Below are positions 38,304-47,560 of a DNA stretch of 47,667 nucleotides, in pieces. This DNA comes from Actinomycetes bacterium (GTDB lineage: Bacteria; Actinomycetota; Acidimicrobiia; Acidimicrobiales; Bog-793), in assembly GCA_021803215.1 (NCBI GenBank), contig JAJZLV010000125.1:1-47667 (forward strand), in the 5' to 3' direction. Numbering within the stretch: the first letter of the stretch is position 1; each line of letters starts with the position of its first letter. The notes under the pieces were generated by a model. That model searched no databases. It saw only the letters and a list, made by a program, of their open reading frames with translations, and was not told the origin of the DNA. A program made the translations under genes and the position numbers.

Positions 38304-39379
38304 GGCCAGTTCCAGCACTCATTGCAACGCAAGGCGAGCGTAGCAGTCGGCAGATGACTGCCAGTTGATGGAACGGCGAGGCATGTGATTGATCTGGCGA
38401 CTGATGGAATCGAGATCGCTCTGGTCGTAGATCCCGAGGTCGGTGCCTTTCGGCAGCCAGCGCCGGACGAGTCCGTTGAACGCCTCGTTCGAGGGGCGTT
38501 GCCACGGCTTGTGCGGCTCGCAGAAGTAGACGGCGATCCCGCTCAGCTGCTGGAGATCCTGCCAGCGGGCCATCTCCCGGCCCTGGTCCCAGGTAAGGCT
38601 GCGGCGGTGCTCTTCAGGCACCTTGTCGAACAGCTCGACGAGGCAGGCGAGCACCTCGGTGGCGTCGTGGCCGTCCGGCAGCGATCCGAGCAGGTTGAAG
38701 CGGCTCGCCCGATCGACGAGGGTGACGACTGCAGAGGCGCCTCTCTTCCCGATGATGAGATCGCCTTCGAAGTGGCCCACCTCTCTGCGCTCGTCGGCGA
38801 CCGGCGGCCGCTGGTGGATGAGACAGAACGTCCCGAGCGGACTCGTCCGAGAAGCGCAGGCACCGCCACCCCGGCAGCGGGGGCGACGGCGACGCCGTCG
38901 ACGGTGGAGATGGACGTGCAGCCCGGCGGAGAGGCCACGACGGCCGTTGGCATACACGCCCTTGTAGATCGTCTCGGCGCACAGCGTCGTGCCCTCAGTG
39001 GCCAGCTGGCGGGCGATCGTCACCGGCGAGTCCTTCGCCTTGAGGCCCGCTTCGACGCGACGGGCGAGGGCGGGATCCACCTCGAAACGGGTGGGACGGC
39101 GCCGTCTGCGCTGGCGATGGGCTCGCCGGTCTGCCTCCGCCGCCCGGTAGGCGGCGCGGCCGCCGTTGCGCTTCACCTCACGCGAGATCGTCGAGGTGGG
39201 ACGCTCGAGCACTCGTGCGATCTCGGCAAAGGAGTCCCCGCGTTCGATCCCTGCACGGATCTCCTCGCGCTCGTCCGCGCGAAGTGGTTGCCCTGGCATG
39301 ATGGTCTCTCCACTGGTCGTTGTTTCGGGGTGACCCGGCCATCATGGCCGGACCGTTGCAACGACTGGTGGAACTCGCC
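38304..39379 (-). mobile_element. IS30-family insertion sequence
   Basis: Imperfect terminal inverted repeats GGCCAGTTCCAGCACTCATTGCAACG and (reverse complement) GGCGAGTTCCACCAGTCGTTGCAACG enclose one transposase; no clear target duplication. Confidence 0.9.
38319..39299 (-). CDS. IS30-family transposase
   Basis: HTH AEIARVLERPTSTISREVKRN; GHFEGDL, SLTWDQGREM, PWQRPSNE (DDE). Confidence 0.95.
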   Translation of the reverse strand: MPGQPLRADEREEIRAGIERGDSFAEIARVLERPTSTISREVKRNGGRAAYRAAEADRRAHRQRRRRRPTRFEVDPALARRVEAGLKAKDSPVTIARQLATEGTTLCAETIYKGVYANGRRGLSAGLHVHLHRRRRRRRPRCRGGGACASRTSPLGTFCLIHQRPPVADERREVGHFEGDLIIGKRGASAVVTLVDRASRFNLLGSLPDGHDATEVLACLVELFDKVPEEHRRSLTWDQGREMARWQDLQQLSGIAVYFCEPHKPWQRPSNEAFNGLVRRWLPKGTDLGIYDQSDLDSISRQINHMPRRSINWQSSADCYARLALQ

Positions 39380-39807
39380 GACTCTAGCGGCGCCTGCCCC
39401 ATAGCGCCAGCGAGCGGCTCGGGATGGAGTGGCCACAAACGCCGGCTGCCAGCGCAATTCGAGGCCGCGACTCTGGCTCGGAATGTGACGTTCGCAGGGC
39501 CGGAGATGCCCGATTGGTTCGGCCACTTGGTTTGGCTTGAAGAGGTCCGCCCCCTTTCAAGCAGAACTTCACCCATCCAAGGTGTCCCCAACCGCCGGTC
39601 TCGGGGCGCGTTGTCGATGTTCAGCTTTGGTCACTCATCGCGGTCAGGTGAGCCGATCTTTCAGTCTGTTGCTCCGCTCGGCTCCAGGGGTGAATGTGCT
39701 CTTCTGGGCCAGCGCGAGCGGTGAGGATCGTGCCACGCCATGATCGTGACAGGCGGACGGCTTGTAGCCTCGGTTGGGTGGATGAGGGAGAGACGACCGT
39801 TGATGGG

Positions 39808-40122
39808 ATGGGTGAGCGCGCCAGTCGTCGGGAGGCGAGAGCGTTGATCGCGGCATATCACGAGGAGCAGTTGGGGTTGCTCCTGGAGCGGGTGAGGGAA
39901 GGGTTCGTCAGGCTGGATGCTGGCGAGATCAACGTTTTCGAGCTGGACGAGCTGATCCACCATTACAAGCGTTCGGCCGCCGAGTTGTGGAGGTTCTGCG
40001 GGTCCTCGGGCGGCGGGTGGGTGCGGGCGGCGCGGACGGTGGAGTTCTTGCATGACGAGGGAGATAAGCCGGACTGGTGGGGGGCGGGGGCTTCCCGGGG
40101 GCGGCGTGGCCGAGAAGACTGA
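39808..40122 (+). CDS. Hypothetical protein
   Basis: Helical 104-aa product (AYHEEQLGLLL..FELDELIHHYKRSAAELWRFC..DWW); overlaps the next gene; start uncertain. Confidence 0.75.
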   Translation: MGERASRREARALIAAYHEEQLGLLLERVREGFVRLDAGEINVFELDELIHHYKRSAAELWRFCGSSGGGWVRAARTVEFLHDEGDKPDWWGAGASRGRRGRED

Positions 40123-41326
40123 TAGCGGGGTCTACCGCTGGGAGTTCAAGCCGCGGTTTCGCCGGCATGGTTTCGGGTGGAGATCCCAGCCAGCGATCGG
40201 GCGGATCAAGGAGGCGGTGAGCGAGATCAAGAGGGTTGCCCGCCACGACCCGGTGCTGGCGGGCGAAGGTGCGGTGGTGCTCTTGGAGCGGTTATCTCCG
40301 GCGCTGGAGCATGTGGATAGCTCGTCGGGGGCCATCGGCACGGCAGTGAACAACGCGATTTCTGCTTTGGTGCCGCTTATCGCCGCCGCACCGGCGGACG
40401 CTAAGACCCGCGACCGCTGGCTGGAAAGGCTGTGGGCGGCTCATGAAGCCGACCGTATTCCCTACATCGAGACGTTGACCGACTATTGGGGGGAGCTGTG
40501 TGGCTCCAAGGAGGTGGCCTCGGCCTGGGCCGACGACCTGGTTGGGATCACCCGGATGGCTCGTGGCTCCGACCCGAACCTTCGAGGTCATTTCCATGGG
40601 ACAGCCGCGTGCCTGAGCGCGCTGTACCGAGCCGAGCGCTACGAGGAGATCCTCGGCATCCTGGAATCGGAGAGGATGTGGCATTACCGGCGGTGGGCGG
40701 TGATGGCACTGACCGCGCTGGGCCGCAAGGCCGAGGCCATCCAGTACGCGGAGTCCTGCCGGGACCCGTGGACACCCGACGGGGCGGTCGATGCCGTCTG
40801 CGAGGAGATCCTGCTTTCCTCCGGGCTGGTCGACGAGGCCTACACCCGCTACGGTCTGCGGGCCAACCGGGCCGGCACCTACCTGGCCACATATCGAGCG
40901 GTGGCCAAGAAGTACCCCCACAAGAAGCCTGCAGACGTGTTGGCTGATCTGGTGGCCACCACGCCCGGTGAAGAGGCTAAGTGGTTCGCGGCGGCGAAGG
41001 ACATCGGGCTCTACGATGAGGCGCTGGCTCTGGCCCAGAGCGGGCCGTGCGATCCGAGAACGCTCACCCGGACGGCCCGGGATCTGGCCGAAGACCAACC
41101 AGCGTTCGCCGCGGCTGTCGGCCTGTTGGCCCTCGAGCGGCTGGCCCAAGGCGACGGCTTCGACATCACTGCCGCCGATGTGTGGGCCGCCTACCAGCAC
41201 ACGATGAGGGCCGCCGAACACGCCGGCCGATCCGGCGAAGTCCGGCAACGTATTAGGCAACTGGCCGCAAGCGAAGGCCCCGGCGGTTTCCTCAGCAGGG
41301 TCCTGGCTCGGGAGCTCGGCCGTTGA
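40106..41326 (+). CDS. Hypothetical all-alpha protein
   Basis: 406-aa ORF (WEFKPRFRRHGFGWRS, LEHVDSSSGAIG, PGEEAKWFAAAK) with TPR-like helical segments; GTG 40106 chosen. Confidence 0.85.
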   Translation: MAEKTDSGVYRWEFKPRFRRHGFGWRSQPAIGRIKEAVSEIKRVARHDPVLAGEGAVVLLERLSPALEHVDSSSGAIGTAVNNAISALVPLIAAAPADAKTRDRWLERLWAAHEADRIPYIETLTDYWGELCGSKEVASAWADDLVGITRMARGSDPNLRGHFHGTAACLSALYRAERYEEILGILESERMWHYRRWAVMALTALGRKAEAIQYAESCRDPWTPDGAVDAVCEEILLSSGLVDEAYTRYGLRANRAGTYLATYRAVAKKYPHKKPADVLADLVATTPGEEAKWFAAAKDIGLYDEALALAQSGPCDPRTLTRTARDLAEDQPAFAAAVGLLALERLAQGDGFDITAADVWAAYQHTMRAAEHAGRSGEVRQRIRQLAASEGPGGFLSRVLARELGR

Positions 41327-42192
41327 GACAGCGCGCCATCATCCATGTCGCCGGTCCCGAGGGAGCCGGCAAGACCACGTTCATCGAGAGTGTCTTGCAG
41401 CGGGTCGACCCGCCGATCCTTGTAGCGCGCTGCCGCCGGGACAACAGGCTGGCCGAGCCGAAAGAGACGTCGCCGCGAACAGAGCCAGAGTTGCGCCGCT
41501 ACCGCGAGGCGGGCGCCGGCGGTGTCGCGCTATTCACCTTCCCGGAAGCCGCGGCCACCACTGACGACTTCTTCATGACAGACCTGATGGTCGAGTACTC
41601 CAGGGCCGTCGTGCTTGAAGGTGACAGCCCTCTCTCCTGTGTTGACCTGTCGGTGTTCGTCGCGCCAACGCCCCATGGGCGGGAACGACTCTTCGTCCGC
41701 CGGTCCACACCAAGGCCCAGCCGGCGCAAGCAAGCTGCTCACCTCGAGCGGCTACTCGAAACGCCAGACGGTGTAGCTGAGCTGATGGGACGACTGGTCG
41801 GGGAACCGCTGGCCGCGATGTTGCGATTTCAGCCCGAACTGGTTGAAGCTGCACGGACGGAACTCCTGGAGAAGCTCGGCCATGCTCGGCAGTCTCCGGC
41901 GCTTCCCCCGACGAAGCGGTGGGCGGTCAGCGAGCGCTACGTCGGTATCGAACGGGCTCAACTCGCCATCGTGAATGTCCGCGACGAGGATGAGCGCCGG
42001 AGAGCCGACGAACTCGTCTCCAACTTGGTCAAGCTGCGCCAGGACGAGGAACTTTTCTCGGACATCCTCGGATACCGCGGCAACCGGATACCCATCACCG
42101 CAGTCGCGGCCAACCTCGCAGATCCCGCCGACCCAGGCGCGAAGAAGGCCATCGCCAAGGTCCGGCGAGTCGTCCAGTCCAGATCGGTCTAG
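41323..42192 (+). CDS. Hypothetical P-loop protein
   Basis: IIHVAGPEGAGKTT Walker A; AVVLEG possible Walker B; TTGA coupling to upstream gene. Confidence 0.8.
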   Translation: MRQRAIIHVAGPEGAGKTTFIESVLQRVDPPILVARCRRDNRLAEPKETSPRTEPELRRYREAGAGGVALFTFPEAAATTDDFFMTDLMVEYSRAVVLEGDSPLSCVDLSVFVAPTPHGRERLFVRRSTPRPSRRKQAAHLERLLETPDGVAELMGRLVGEPLAAMLRFQPELVEAARTELLEKLGHARQSPALPPTKRWAVSERYVGIERAQLAIVNVRDEDERRRADELVSNLVKLRQDEELFSDILGYRGNRIPITAVAANLADPADPGAKKAIAKVRRVVQSRSV

Positions 42193-42236
42193 CGAGGTGG
42201 TAATACGGCGTCCGGTCTTCCCCTGAACGAGAGGGA

Positions 42237-42572
42237 GTGTCTGTGCAAGAGGAGTGGAGCCGGAAAGGCGCAACACTCAGTGACAAGACCGCACGCAAGG
42301 AGTTCGGTCTGACCCAGAAGGAGATCGAGGCGGCCATCGACGCCGGTCAGCTCCAGTACCGAGTTGGCGTCATCCACGGCAACCCCTGGTTGAGACTCCT
42401 GCGCCGCGAGGTCGAGGAGCTCATGAAGAGCACCCACAACGACCGCGACCATCGGCAGCGGCGCGCCCGGGCCGAGTTGGCGCGGGTTGACCGCGATTTG
42501 AAGAAGCTCCGGTCCGAGGTCACGGCGCTGGAGGAGCATCGGGCGAAACTCCTCGCTGATCTCGAAGCATGA
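42237..42572 (+). CDS. Hypothetical protein (possible HTH + coiled coil)
   Basis: ARKEFGLTQKEIEAAIDAGQL then heptad tail LARVDRDLKKLRSEVTALEEHRAKL; start may be GTG 42243. Confidence 0.8.
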   Translation: MSVQEEWSRKGATLSDKTARKEFGLTQKEIEAAIDAGQLQYRVGVIHGNPWLRLLRREVEELMKSTHNDRDHRQRRARAELARVDRDLKKLRSEVTALEEHRAKLLADLEA

Positions 42573-42644
42573 CCTTGAGGGGGCGAGACCGTCCCGTACT
42601 CGCGGCGCCGATGCGACCACCTATCCCAGTTCGCCGGCCTGGGG

Positions 42645-43046
42645 TCACTTGCTAACTGGCTCGACTCGTTCGATCGTCTCCACTCGGTCCAGTGAACGAT
42701 CGAATGATGCGACTCGCTGTACGCCCGTGCTCTCCGCACACGCGACCAGATAGGCCTCGGCAAAGTCGACCCTGTCGCTCTCGTACACCTCGACGGCCCG
42801 GAGTAGCAGGGCAGGATCTACGCAGACAACCGAATCGAAGGCCACGAGCGAACGGAGCGCTTGGGCGACTTGAGCGCGCGGTGCCTCATAGAAGGACTCG
42901 AGCACGTAGACGGTCTCGGCGGCGACGACGTCGGTGAGCAGCAGTTCGGTCTCCGTGCGCAGGTATTCCGTCGCCGCCGCAGCCATGTCCGGGGGATCAC
43001 CCGTGAGATGTCGGACCAAGACGTTGGTGTCGACGAACGCCGTCAC
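42645..43046 (-). CDS. PIN-domain toxin (VapC family)
   Basis: FVDTNVLVR, AETVYVL, VDFAEAYL, VASFDR. Confidence 0.92.
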   Translation of the reverse strand: MTAFVDTNVLVRHLTGDPPDMAAAATEYLRTETELLLTDVVAAETVYVLESFYEAPRAQVAQALRSLVAFDSVVCVDPALLLRAVEVYESDRVDFAEAYLVACAESTGVQRVASFDRSLDRVETIERVEPVSK

Positions 43047-43291
43047 CGCCGCGCGGCCGCCCGCCCGCTCTTCGTCCTACGGATCACCTGATCCCACGCG
43101 ACGTTGCGCTTGGCGGCCGGGACCCGGACCGTGCCGGCGAGATCCAAGAAGTCCGGGACCTTCGCCAGTACCGCCCGGCTGCCTTCGACGCGGAAGACGA
43201 CCTCATCGCCATCCTCGATGCCAAGGGCGTCACGGACCGCCTTCGGTACGGTGACTTGCCCCTTCGAGGTCACTCTCGCGGCTACGTCCAC
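43043..43291 (-). CDS. AbrB/MazE-type antitoxin
   Basis: ARVTSKGQVTVPKAVRDALGIEDGDEVVF; coupled to the PIN gene; RBS AGGAGG. Confidence 0.93.
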   Translation of the reverse strand: MDVAARVTSKGQVTVPKAVRDALGIEDGDEVVFRVEGSRAVLAKVPDFLDLAGTVRVPAAKRNVAWDQVIRRTKSGRAAARR

Positions 43292-43300
43292 TTCTCACCC

Positions 43301-43326
43301 TCCTTACTCCGTACAGAAGGTAAGGA
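43301..43326. promoter_or_regulatory. Putative autoregulatory operator of the AbrB-PIN pair
   Basis: TCCTTAC-N12-GTAAGGA inverted repeat overlapping the RBS. Confidence 0.6.
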
Positions 43327-43495
43327 TACTAGGCGAGCGGACCGCCACCGACGGGACGTCTCAGAATGACCATGTGCGAGTTCGGTGGGGTGACACCGAA
43401 CGCCGGATGTGCGCGCAATGGTCAGCGATGAGGTATCGAAGACGTTAGGCGCCAGTGTTGGACCACCTAACTCAGATGGCATGTGATACTTCGGT

Positions 43496-44435
43496 GTGAC
43501 CGAGGATGAACTTCTCGGAAGGCGTGTACGGGTGGGCGCTGCCGACCTTGACCGGTGGTGCCGGAGGCACCTCGGTACCGGTGTCGACCAGGTGCTCTTC
43601 TCGGCCGGCCACCTCTCGACGGTGCTTGGGGTCGAGCTGGCGTCCGGACGACAAGTCGTCGTGAAGATCCGGCACCGCTCTGATCGGCTGACAGGGTGCG
43701 CCGCGGTGCACCGTCGCCTTTTTGACCGGGGCTTTCCCTGTCCCGAGCCGCTGATAGATCTCGAACCGATGGGCAGTCTTGCGGCGAGTGCCGAGGCGAT
43801 GGTGAGCGGAGGCAGCCTCTACCCGCCGTCGGGACGGACACCGGGGCCGTTCGCTGAAGCACTGGCGACGCTCGTGGCGCTCGCACCACCGCCGACCGAA
43901 GTCGCTTCCCTCGACCCGTTGCCCGCCTGGATGACTCCAGATCTCGACGCCACAGCACTTTGGCCGGCGCCCGACGACAGTGATGTCGACCTCAACGCGC
44001 TTGGCGGGCCAGCCTGGATCGACCACGCAGCATGGGTCGCTCGGAGCAGATTGGCGGCCTCAGCGCTGCCCGTCGTCGTTGGACACGGTGACATCTACAC
44101 CGGGAACATGACTGGCTCGAAGATCATCTCTTGGCCGTCTGGGATTGGGACAGCGCGATCGCGGCCTCCGAACCTGTGATCGCGGGCCTGGCTGCTGCCG
44201 TCTACCCTGCAAACAGCGCCGGGTCGGAAGCGACCATCCATGAGACGACGGCCTTTCTCGATGCGTACCAGGCGACACGGGGCACTTCAGCGCGAGCGAG
44301 CTCGCGGTGGCCTGGGCCGCAGGACTGTGCAACCGGGCCTTCGACGCCAAACAGCAGGCAGTGACCGAAGGCCGACCGAGATCGCTGACCGAGGCAGAAG
44401 CGATCGAACGATGCCGGCAAGTCGAGACCCTATGA
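43496..44435 (+). pseudogene. APH-like phosphotransferase, frameshifted
   Basis: VVVKIR, GFPCPEP, VGHGDIYTGN, then shifted frames AVWDWDS..FLDAYQ and ELAVAWAAG..AFDAK to TGA 44435. Confidence 0.8.
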
Positions 44436-44545
44436 GCCGCCCCCACCAGATGGCGCGTCCCCTCGTGAGGCGCCCATAACGACGACGACCATGCCCGGGC
44501 ACGTGCCTCCGGACGCCGGCTCGCGGGCGACCGCGAAGTGGAGGC

Positions 44546-44875
44546 TCAGCGGCCGCAGTCAACGGCGACTTCGAGCGCCTCGCAAAGCTGCCGCATCCTG
44601 ACGTCGGCCAGGCGCCCGATCCGTTCGGTGAGCACGCCGAGGGCGACGCTCTCGATCGAGTCCAAGTTGGCCACGCAGTGCCGTGGCACAGGGTCGTCGC
44701 CTGGTTCGAGGACAACCTCACTGGGCAAGCCACGGATGGTCGTGGTGCACGGAGCGATGACCGCCCGCCGAAGGCGAGGAATGGCGGCGTCGCGCGACAA
44801 CACGACCACCGGCCTTCGGCCAATGTCGGGAAGCTCACACCACCAGACGTCGCCCCGAGCGGGCAACGAGCTCAT
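44546..44875 (-). CDS. PemK/MazF-family toxin
   Basis: [38 protein letters not shown]. Confidence 0.93.
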   Translation of the reverse strand: MSSLPARGDVWWCELPDIGRRPVVVLSRDAAIPRLRRAVIAPCTTTIRGLPSEVVLEPGDDPVPRHCVANLDSIESVALGVLTERIGRLADVRMRQLCEALEVAVDCGR

Positions 44876-45108
44876 GACGCGGCAGCCGCAGCCCGGAACG
44901 AGGCGAGATCACCCCACTCGTCGTCTTCGTCAAGCGGGTGGTGGTCGTAGGAGGCGTACGCTGCGTCGACTTCCGCGGCACGGTGTCGAGCGAGGAAGGC
45001 CGCCAAGGCGTCATCGACAAGGGCTGAGTCCGGCACGCCCGCCTTCACCTCGCGCGCCTGCTCGAGAAGTTGCTGATCCACGGTGGTGCTGATCCGGACG
45101 CGGGTCAT
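44872..45108 (-). CDS. Antitoxin (RHH-like) of the MazF pair
   Basis: [22 protein letters not shown], acidic tail DEDDEWGDL; ATGA coupling. Confidence 0.88.
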   Translation of the reverse strand: MTRVRISTTVDQQLLEQAREVKAGVPDSALVDDALAAFLARHRAAEVDAAYASYDHHPLDEDDEWGDLASFRAAAAAS

Positions 45109-45114
45109 GCCATG

Positions 45115-45132
45115 AATATAGCATAGTTATGC
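45115..45132 (-). promoter_or_regulatory. Extended -10 promoter with overlapping palindrome
   Basis: Minus strand TG-C-TATATT ends 6 nt before the ATG (leaderless geometry); GCATA-GT-TATGC at 45121-45132. Confidence 0.6.
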
Positions 45133-45475
45133 CACATTCGAGCCGGATACTCGGCGGTTCCCTGACCCCTACCAACGCTGGCTCTCTCCGGCTGGACTCG
45201 CCCGAAAACGCCGGCTCGTGGGCGCCGCAGCCGCTCTGGAGCTGGGTCTCGCGGAAACGTCCGATGTTCGGTTGATCAGGGCACTGCGTACTGCGTACGC
45301 ATGCTCTGTGCAGCCCTACGCACCACCGGCAACGTCCGGAGGCCCGTCGCGAACCCGCTGCTCAGCGGCCCCACGCGCCGCGCCATCCTGCACACGCGTG
45401 CCCTATGCAGCGTTGATCAGGCCCCGAGAACAACACCCGAGAAACTCGCATCTCCGACGAGCGCCGGAACAAGAC

Positions 45476-45528
45476 ACCGCTGGCCAGGCGCCTGCACCCC
45501 TGCACGAGGTGCGCGCCTGACCAGCGGT
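45476..45528. terminator. Long hairpin next to the tRNA-like fragment
   Basis: ACCGCTGGCCAGGCGC ... GCGCCTGACCAGCGGT, 15/16 complementary; no clear U-tract, so terminator role is uncertain. Confidence 0.5.
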
Positions 45529-45583
45529 CGTGGTGGCGGGGGTTCAGGACCATCGCTTGACTTCGCGCCTCATGCCCGACGAG
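45524..45583 (-). repeat. Degenerate copy of the tRNA-Met 3' half and flank (att-like)
   Basis: 45524-45542 is identical to positions 1-19; GCCCGACGAG (45574-45583) matches 52-61 at nearly the same spacing. Confidence 0.8.
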
Positions 45584-45601
45584 TCCGCTGGTCACCGGAC
45601 T

Positions 45602-45688
45602 GCCCTGTGCAGCCGCCCTGTGCAACCGCCCTGTGCAGCCGCCCTGTGCAACCGCCCTGTGCAACCGCCCTGTGCAACCGCCCTGTGC
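45602..45688. repeat. 13-bp tandem repeat GCCCTGTGCA(A/G)CC, 6 full copies plus a partial one
   Basis: Read directly; no spacers. Confidence 0.95.
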
Positions 45689-45748
45689 GGTTGCCTACTC
45701 AATGTGGGCCGGGCATGCGAGCTCCCGAGCGACGCTGACCTCCGGGCG

Positions 45749-46036
45749 CTACGCGCTCTTCAGGTATTGGCGGAGCGCTCTGCGGATGAGCTCGGAGACG
45801 GTGACACCGTCGGTCTGTGCCCGCCGGGCGACTTCGTCGCGAAGGTCGGGGTCCAGCCGCACCGACTCGACCGACTTGGCAGCCTCACCGAGCGGTGGCC
45901 GGCCAGGTCCCCGGCGCTTTCCCTTCAGCTGACCGGGCTCGTAGCCGCGCTCGGCTTCCTGGGCGAACCGCTCGATCGTCTCGTCGGTGATCGGCTCCCC
46001 GCTCGTGGTGTGTCCGTACGTGTGCTTCTGTGTCAT
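45749..46036 (-). CDS. CopG/RHH-type antitoxin
   Basis: EAERGY, GRPPLG, SVRLDPDL..VSELIRRAL; ATG 46036 coupled to the upstream stop. Confidence 0.88.
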   Translation of the reverse strand: MTQKHTYGHTTSGEPITDETIERFAQEAERGYEPGQLKGKRRGPGRPPLGEAAKSVESVRLDPDLRDEVARRAQTDGVTVSELIRRALRQYLKSA

Positions 46037-46278
46037 GACTCGTCTCCGAAAAGCTCCTGGGCGGTCGAGCGCCGAAGTCCCATCGCGTGGATCACCAGCT
46101 CTTCCCCGCCGAGGTCCAAGACGACCAGTTCGAGCAGGTTCCCGGCTCGGTCGGGTCCGACCAGCAGGTAGCGCCGGGGATCGTCGCCCAGCTCGACCCA
46201 GGTGATCGAGTGGGCCACCGCGTGGTCGATGTCCTCGTCGGCGACGCCGTGGCGCAGTGCTGACTCGTGGATCTCCAC
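46033..46278 (-). CDS. Small putative toxin (RelE/BrnT-like)
   Basis: IHESALRHGV, LLVGPDRAGNLLELVV, VIHAM; toxin-first pair; TACACT -10 at 46287-46292. Confidence 0.78.
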   Translation of the reverse strand: MEIHESALRHGVADEDIDHAVAHSITWVELGDDPRRYLLVGPDRAGNLLELVVLDLGGEELVIHAMGLRRSTAQELFGDES

Positions 46279-46591
46279 ACAGGATAAGTGTAGTACGAGA
46301 AAGCCGACGTCGGGCGGGGCAGACGGCCCACCCAGGCTTGGCCGAAGCGGTCGCCATCGATGGCGACCTCGAAGCGCAGAGCCACATGCTCCCTACCGGG
46401 CCGTTTCGGAAGCTCTCGCTCTCTCGGCCGCGCCTGACGCCTGACGTGCTCCACTCGCCGGGCGTGGTCAATCCCCGGATCACGTCCCTCCGCCGTCCGC
46501 GAAGTACGGCGGGCGTCGCCCCGGCCTGTGTGGGTAGCGGTGGGCGCGCTCCGAGCCGCTCGGGCGTCACAAGTGCGCATTCCGGCGAATT

Positions 46592-46659
46592 CAGCCACCT
46601 GTTCCGGTTGAAAGCAGCCACCTGTTCCGGTTGAAAGCAGCCACCTGTTCCGGTTGAAA
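46592..46659. repeat. Three tandem 23-bp repeats CAGCCACCTGTTCCGGTTGAAA(G)
   Basis: Read directly; position fits IS21 subterminal transposase-binding repeats. Confidence 0.92.
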
Positions 46660-46730
46660 CCGGCCAGGGTGGGCGTCGCCGTCGAGTTGTCGAGCCGAGA
46701 TCGAGGAGGTGCCCGTGGACGACAGGTCTA

Positions 46731-47297
46731 GTGCCGAAACGGCGGTCGTCGGAGCAAGTCTCGCCCGAGCTGAAAGTCCTCATGCGCAAGTTGCGACTGG
46801 GCCGGCTCATCGACACCCTGCCCGAACGGCTGGCCCTGGCCACGACCCACGACCTCACCCATATCGAGCTCCTGGAGCAGCTGTTCTCCGATGAGGTCAT
46901 CCGACGGGACGGGGACTCGGCCGGGCGCCGGGCCCGGGCGGCCCGGCTGGATGCCAGCTTCGATCAGGAGATGCGCAAACTCATCGGCGTGGAGCTCCTC
47001 GTGATCGACGACTTCGCGCTGACCACATTGGATGCGACGGCAGCGGCGGACATCTACGAGCTCGTGGTCGAACAGCACCGCACCGCGTCCACCATCTTGA
47101 CCTCCAACCGAGACCCGAGCGAATGGTTGGCCGTGATGGCCGACCCGCTGCTCGCCCAGTCAGCGGTCGACCGTTTGAAGAGTGCAGCGTGGGAGCTGAT
47201 CATCGAGGGCGAGTCCTACCGTCAGCACGAGAAGCCGAGCATCAGCACAGCGCCAGCGGACCTTCCACCGGCGAGATCCCGGCGGCCACGAGCTTGA
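46731..47297 (+). pseudogene. istB: IstB helper ATPase with internal deletion
   Basis: LRLGRLIDTLPERL, Walker B LLVIDDF, TSNRDPSEW, SAVDRL, IEGESYR present; Walker A segment absent. Confidence 0.85.
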
Positions 47298-47560
47298 CAC
47301 TTCCGCCGGTCCCCGGGATCATCGGACCAGCCGGCAGAAGCGACCCCGAGGTGGTCCCATGATGCTGGCAACAGGGTGGTCCCTTGGGACTGGCAAGCGA
47401 CAAGGCCCGACGAAGCTGCAGGTCACGGCCTCGTGCATACGCACTGCATAGGCGGCTGCCCTACTCAACCGCGTCCCGGTCGGTGATCGGTCCCCGAGAA
47501 ACAGCGGACCTTCTGCGCGCCATCAACTCAGCCCTCCCGAGAATCCCAGTGGCCATTACC

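Larger units (their letters stand above)
46574..47402 (+). mobile_element. IS21-family remnant (no istA, internally deleted istB)
   Basis: Starts TG(CGCATTCCGG) with three 23-bp repeats; ends ...GCGACA with two GGTGGTCCC-N7-TGGCAA repeats (47350-47371, 47375-47396). Confidence 0.8.

Noticed and set aside
45524-45600. Second functional tRNA-Met
   Set aside because: T-loop and anticodon loop are destroyed and there is no 5' half.
45602-45688. 13-bp array as CRISPR or as a Cys/Pro-rich repeat protein (ORFs 45530-46171, 45633-45932)
   Set aside because: No spacers; the unit is not a multiple of 3; the ORFs run antisense over the CopG/toxin genes.
46592-46659. 23-bp direct repeats as a CRISPR array
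   Set aside because: No spacers and no cas genes; position matches an IS21 end.
45749-46900. 383-aa ORF as one protein
   Set aside because: Only the last 95 aa resemble a CopG-type protein; the rest crosses the toxin gene and IS21 repeats.
47461-47556. 31-aa ORF downstream of the GNAT fragment
   Set aside because: It has a possible RBS but is too short and has no recognisable motif.
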